From Leptolyngbyaceae cyanobacterium (lineage in GTDB: Bacteria > Cyanobacteriota > Cyanobacteriia > Phormidesmidales > Phormidesmidaceae), in the NCBI GenBank assembly GCA_965263355.1, contig CBDHHL010000032.1, forward strand, positions 416,001 to 480,000: a stretch of 64,000 bases of DNA, given 5' to 3'. This document shows, piece after piece, positions 60,731 through 64,000 of the stretch. The notes below the pieces were generated by a model. That model had not been told where the DNA came from. It made no database searches and saw only the letters and a program-made list of their open reading frames with translations. How positions within the stretch are numbered: the stretch's first letter is position 1; each line of letters starts with the position of its first letter. Position numbers and translations under genes: made by a program.

Positions 60731-60881
60731 TAAACTTTGTTCACCTCCAGAACTGGTGTTTTTCCATAGAAGAACCGATAGGTTTCAACTTGGACGTAGG
60801 TATAAACCATCTCCACATCCAGGACGGTCGTTTATTCGTATCTATAGAAGAACCGACAGGTTTCAATTTGGACGTGGTTTA
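60731..60881 (+). repeat. Two tandem copies (C, D) of the ~73-bp hairpin element
   Basis: 60731-60804 and 60803-60881 share a TA and both align with copies A and B. Confidence 0.8.
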
Positions 60882-61152
60882 TAAAAATCCATTAGTTAGG
60901 GTGGATCAACCGGTAAATGTATATGTACAAACCAGCAAAGTTAGTGGCATATACTGACCAAATTGTCTGGAATTATACGCCAGACAGTTTCAGACATTGG
61001 TGCAGATAGAAGCCTGGGACTCTGATTCTACCGTTTATAAATGTCTGTAGTTTAGAGTATCAGACATTTACTGCCCCTAGGCTGTAGTCAGACTCCATGC
61101 GGAGTCACGTTATCTTCTATGTAGTTGCCCCTACACACTTAGGAGTAGCATT

Positions 61153-62481
61153 ATGAATTTTTTACCTCGACCCCTATCCCTCCGATCATTACGGTGGCTG
61201 ATGGCTCCCCTAGCCTGTTTACCAATGATGATGCCATCACCTACCCTGGCTCAGGAACTTACCCTGAGTGAAAAAGTTCTGAATATGGAACTTAGGCTAG
61301 AGTCAGAGTATGAAACTTATTTTGGTGAAGACCTGGCTGATGTCACCCAGTCGCCCGAAGAGATTGCAACCACATTGGCTCGCATTGGTGAAGAAACAAA
61401 TACTACACCTGCTGTTATGTGGGCAATTCCGCGCGAGGATCATTTACATCTTGTGTTGATCATGCCCAATGGTGAACCGATTGTGCGGGATTTGTACGAT
61501 GTTCCTCGGGATCTCTTAGAAAAGACAACTGAGCAATTTCATCGCTACATTAGCCGCCCGTCTGGCAATGCTTACATGCCAGCTGCGCGCAAACTGTACG
61601 ATTGGCTGATTGGTACCTACGAAGAAGAGTTTTTAGTCCCCGCTGGCGTTGATACGTTATTGGTCTGTGCGGGGGATGGTCTTAGGGGAGTGGCCCTACC
61701 AGCCCTCCACGATGGAGAACAGTTTTTAGTTGAAAAGTACAGTACGACTAGCATTCCAGCGTTTAACCTAATCGATACAGACTATGAACCGATTGAACCA
61801 GGTAATCTCCTGGCCATGGGGGCATCTGAGTTTTCGGATCTAACGCCGTTGCCGGCTGTTCCTGTGGAGCTGTCGAGTATTGCTTGGCAGTTGAGAACGG
61901 CTGAAGGGAGCGATCGCAACTGGCAAGGCCGGTCTTTGCTCAACCAAAGCTTCACCATGGAGAACTTCAATACTCTGTTAAGCCGCCAATCCTATGACAT
62001 TGTTCACCTGGCTACCCATGCTGAATTTAAGCCAGGCAAACCAGAAAACTCTTACATTCAGCTATGGGACCAGCGACTGACCCTAGAACAGATGAATAAT
62101 TTGAACTGGCAGCTACCCGAGTTGGAATTGTTGGTACTGAGCGCCTGTGAAACAGCCGTGGGGGATAGCGACGCGGAGATGGGCTTTGCTGGATTAGCCC
62201 TTAGAGCGGGTGTTAAATCAGCTGTTGCCAGTCTATGGGATGTAAGCGATGTGGGCACCCTGGCCCTGATGAGCGAGTTTTATCACCAACTTCCGCAGTC
62301 AGCAACTAAGGCAGAGGCCCTGCGTCAGGCCCAGCTTAACCTGCTCCAAGATACAGCTAAAACAGTTGATATCAGCAGATTGCAGAAGTCGATAGGAACT
62401 GCTGATACAGCCCAAGCTAATACATCCCTATCCCACCCGTTTTACTGGGCTGGTTTTTCAATGATTAGCAGCCCTTGGTAA
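61153..62481 (+). CDS. Exported CHAT domain protein
   Basis: Signal peptide; VHLATHA and LSACET (His/Cys retained); HPFYWAGF. Confidence 0.92.
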   Translation: MNFLPRPLSLRSLRWLMAPLACLPMMMPSPTLAQELTLSEKVLNMELRLESEYETYFGEDLADVTQSPEEIATTLARIGEETNTTPAVMWAIPREDHLHLVLIMPNGEPIVRDLYDVPRDLLEKTTEQFHRYISRPSGNAYMPAARKLYDWLIGTYEEEFLVPAGVDTLLVCAGDGLRGVALPALHDGEQFLVEKYSTTSIPAFNLIDTDYEPIEPGNLLAMGASEFSDLTPLPAVPVELSSIAWQLRTAEGSDRNWQGRSLLNQSFTMENFNTLLSRQSYDIVHLATHAEFKPGKPENSYIQLWDQRLTLEQMNNLNWQLPELELLVLSACETAVGDSDAEMGFAGLALRAGVKSAVASLWDVSDVGTLALMSEFYHQLPQSATKAEALRQAQLNLLQDTAKTVDISRLQKSIGTADTAQANTSLSHPFYWAGFSMISSPW

Positions 62482-62911
62482 GCCGAGAAATAGGGTACAG
62501 TCAGGCACTCAAATGATACGGTCACATAGTGATTAATCGCTAGATGCCATAAGCAAGCCCTAATTGCTGGTATTCCCCTAGTCTTAGGCTATTGCTTGTG
62601 TCGAGTAATTGTGAATGACGGATAAGATTCAGAATTTTGGATTCTATCCGTCAGATCTGACACTGAATATTCTGACACTGAATATATGGTTAGGCGGCGA
62701 GGCGGCGATCATAGAGCTGTAGCCCTCGCTAAGGCAAGAACGCATTCAGCAAAATTTAAACCCATGGGCGGAGCAATTTTTACTAAATACAAGTCGACGA
62801 TAGCACCATGTCTAACGTATAAACGGATAAAGTCTACCAAATGGTTAGTCCTCGATCTCGTCACTGCTTGATATTGTGAAATGCTCTGTAAATTCTGTCA
62901 CTGTAAGTTGA

Positions 62912-63802
62912 ATGGAAAACACCCTCAAAAATAAGCCCGTTCCATCTCAAAGTCTTCTGGGGGGCTATTTTCAATTTTTGCGGACGCCAAATCTTATGGA
63001 AGCGCCTACGAATCTGGGCTTTAATCAAATTCGCAACCATATTCTGCGATTGTATACCCCTCATCTACTAGTCATCTTGTTAATCGGGACAGTGATCACT
63101 CAGGCGATAACGGAGACAGATAATATTCTCCTTGAGGATATCTTATCAGAGCTGTCTGCCTGGTTGATTCTCTTTTTGTTGGTGGTGATGGCCCCCGTTG
63201 TGGAAGAGATTATTTTTCGGTTACCGCTAAGGCCGATTGCACTTAGTCTTTCTATTCCAATTTCGATTGCGATTATCTATCTCTTAGGTCTCTTCAGGAT
63301 AAATCCAGCGATTTCATCTGTTGTTGGGTTTATGCTGTTGGGGTTTAATATTTACCTTGCTACAAGGCATCTCAAAATTCCCCGATTACAACAGTTCTAT
63401 ACGAGATTTCCCCGACCGATTTTCTACCTATCGGCCATTTTGTTTGGTGCTATCCACATTGGTAACTACAATAGTCGGGTGTGGGCATTGATGCCTCTAT
63501 TGGTTCTACCCCAATGTGTATTGGGTCTTTTGCTAGGGTTTGTGCGGGTACGATACGGGCTTGGTTGGGCGATTTTTACCCATGCGTTTCATAATGGCTG
63601 TGTGATGGCACCATTTATAGTGATGCTGGGGTTGGGGTCGTCGGAGTTGCGATCGCAAATGGGGCAAAACATGGACTTTGAAGCTCTCACCTTGCTCGAT
63701 AAGCTACTGACTGTTGGTCTGGGATTCTATTTTATCGGTGGGTTGGTACTTTGCGTTATAACGGCTTGGAACGTGATTCGAGAATGGCAGTCTGCTTCAT
63801 AA
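62912..63802 (+). CDS. CPBP (CAAX/Abi) intramembrane metalloprotease
   Basis: EEIIFR, FGAIH, HAFHN. Confidence 0.88.
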   Translation: MENTLKNKPVPSQSLLGGYFQFLRTPNLMEAPTNLGFNQIRNHILRLYTPHLLVILLIGTVITQAITETDNILLEDILSELSAWLILFLLVVMAPVVEEIIFRLPLRPIALSLSIPISIAIIYLLGLFRINPAISSVVGFMLLGFNIYLATRHLKIPRLQQFYTRFPRPIFYLSAILFGAIHIGNYNSRVWALMPLLVLPQCVLGLLLGFVRVRYGLGWAIFTHAFHNGCVMAPFIVMLGLGSSELRSQMGQNMDFEALTLLDKLLTVGLGFYFIGGLVLCVITAWNVIREWQSAS

Positions 63803-63885
63803 ATTATGATTATGTCACCACAGAACCCAAGGCTTTCTAGCAGGCTATGGCCACATTAAAAAGTCATTTAATTTTAATAGGGAGA

Positions 63886-64000
63886 ATGATAAAAGTACCG
63901 AAAAGATGTTGGACCATAATCGGATTGGGCGTTACTTTGTTTGGGTCTGGCATCACGGCTGTGTTTGCAAAAATGCTCGAATTGCACCCACTGAGATTTC
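63886..64000 (+). CDS. Partial hypothetical protein running off the window
   Basis: GGGAG before the ATG; MIKVPKRCWTIIGLGVTLFG signal/TM-like start. Confidence 0.5.
   Translation, partial: MIKVPKRCWTIIGLGVTLFGSGITAVFAKMLELHPLRF

Larger units (their letters stand above)
873..63656. repeat. Dispersed HIP1 octamers (GCGATCGC)
   Basis: More than 20 occurrences seen by eye, e.g. near 873, 1593, 3317, 6258, 10131, 27761, 36334, 51826, 61910, 63649. Confidence 0.9.

Noticed and set aside
60761..60875. CRISPR mini-array (two ~37-nt repeats 78 nt apart)
   Set aside because: The would-be spacers are similar to each other, the whole unit recurs singly at 35480 and 39835, and no cas genes are present
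61153..63802. CHAT plus CAAX protease as a defence system
   Set aside because: Exported CHAT and CPBP proteins are common in cyanobacteria; no TPR/NTPase sensor or effector is adjacent

Overview
Chromosomal window of a cyanobacterium. HIP1 GCGATCGC octamers recur throughout, and cikA, a Ycf46-like ATPase, a CYP38-like cyclophilin and phylloquinone men genes are present; a filamentous Leptolyngbya-like lineage is a tentative inference. Positions 1-48 kb are mostly housekeeping: menI-like/menC/menA, mutS2, upp, yggT, recJ, accB-efp, thiL, carA-STAS-mrnC-rlmB, msrB, cikA, sat, mnmA, nnr and cysE. Positions ~49.7-56.3 kb look accessory: a MazF remnant, a decaying DUF3365-HAMP / cyclase-kinase signalling pair, and an intact proteobacterial-type dapD - class IV aminotransferase - dapE cluster. 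That cluster is the best candidate for a new system, because cyanobacteria normally use the DapL route and the middle gene is not a DapC/ArgD-type enzyme. Other notable items are a ~73-bp TA-bounded hairpin repeat family (4 copies), GTAG-type REPs (one inside mutS2), an uncalled 37-aa membrane ORF and a probable ATC-initiated STAS gene. No rRNA, tRNA, transposase or convincing CRISPR array was seen. All assignments are by-eye motif recognition; no searches were run.
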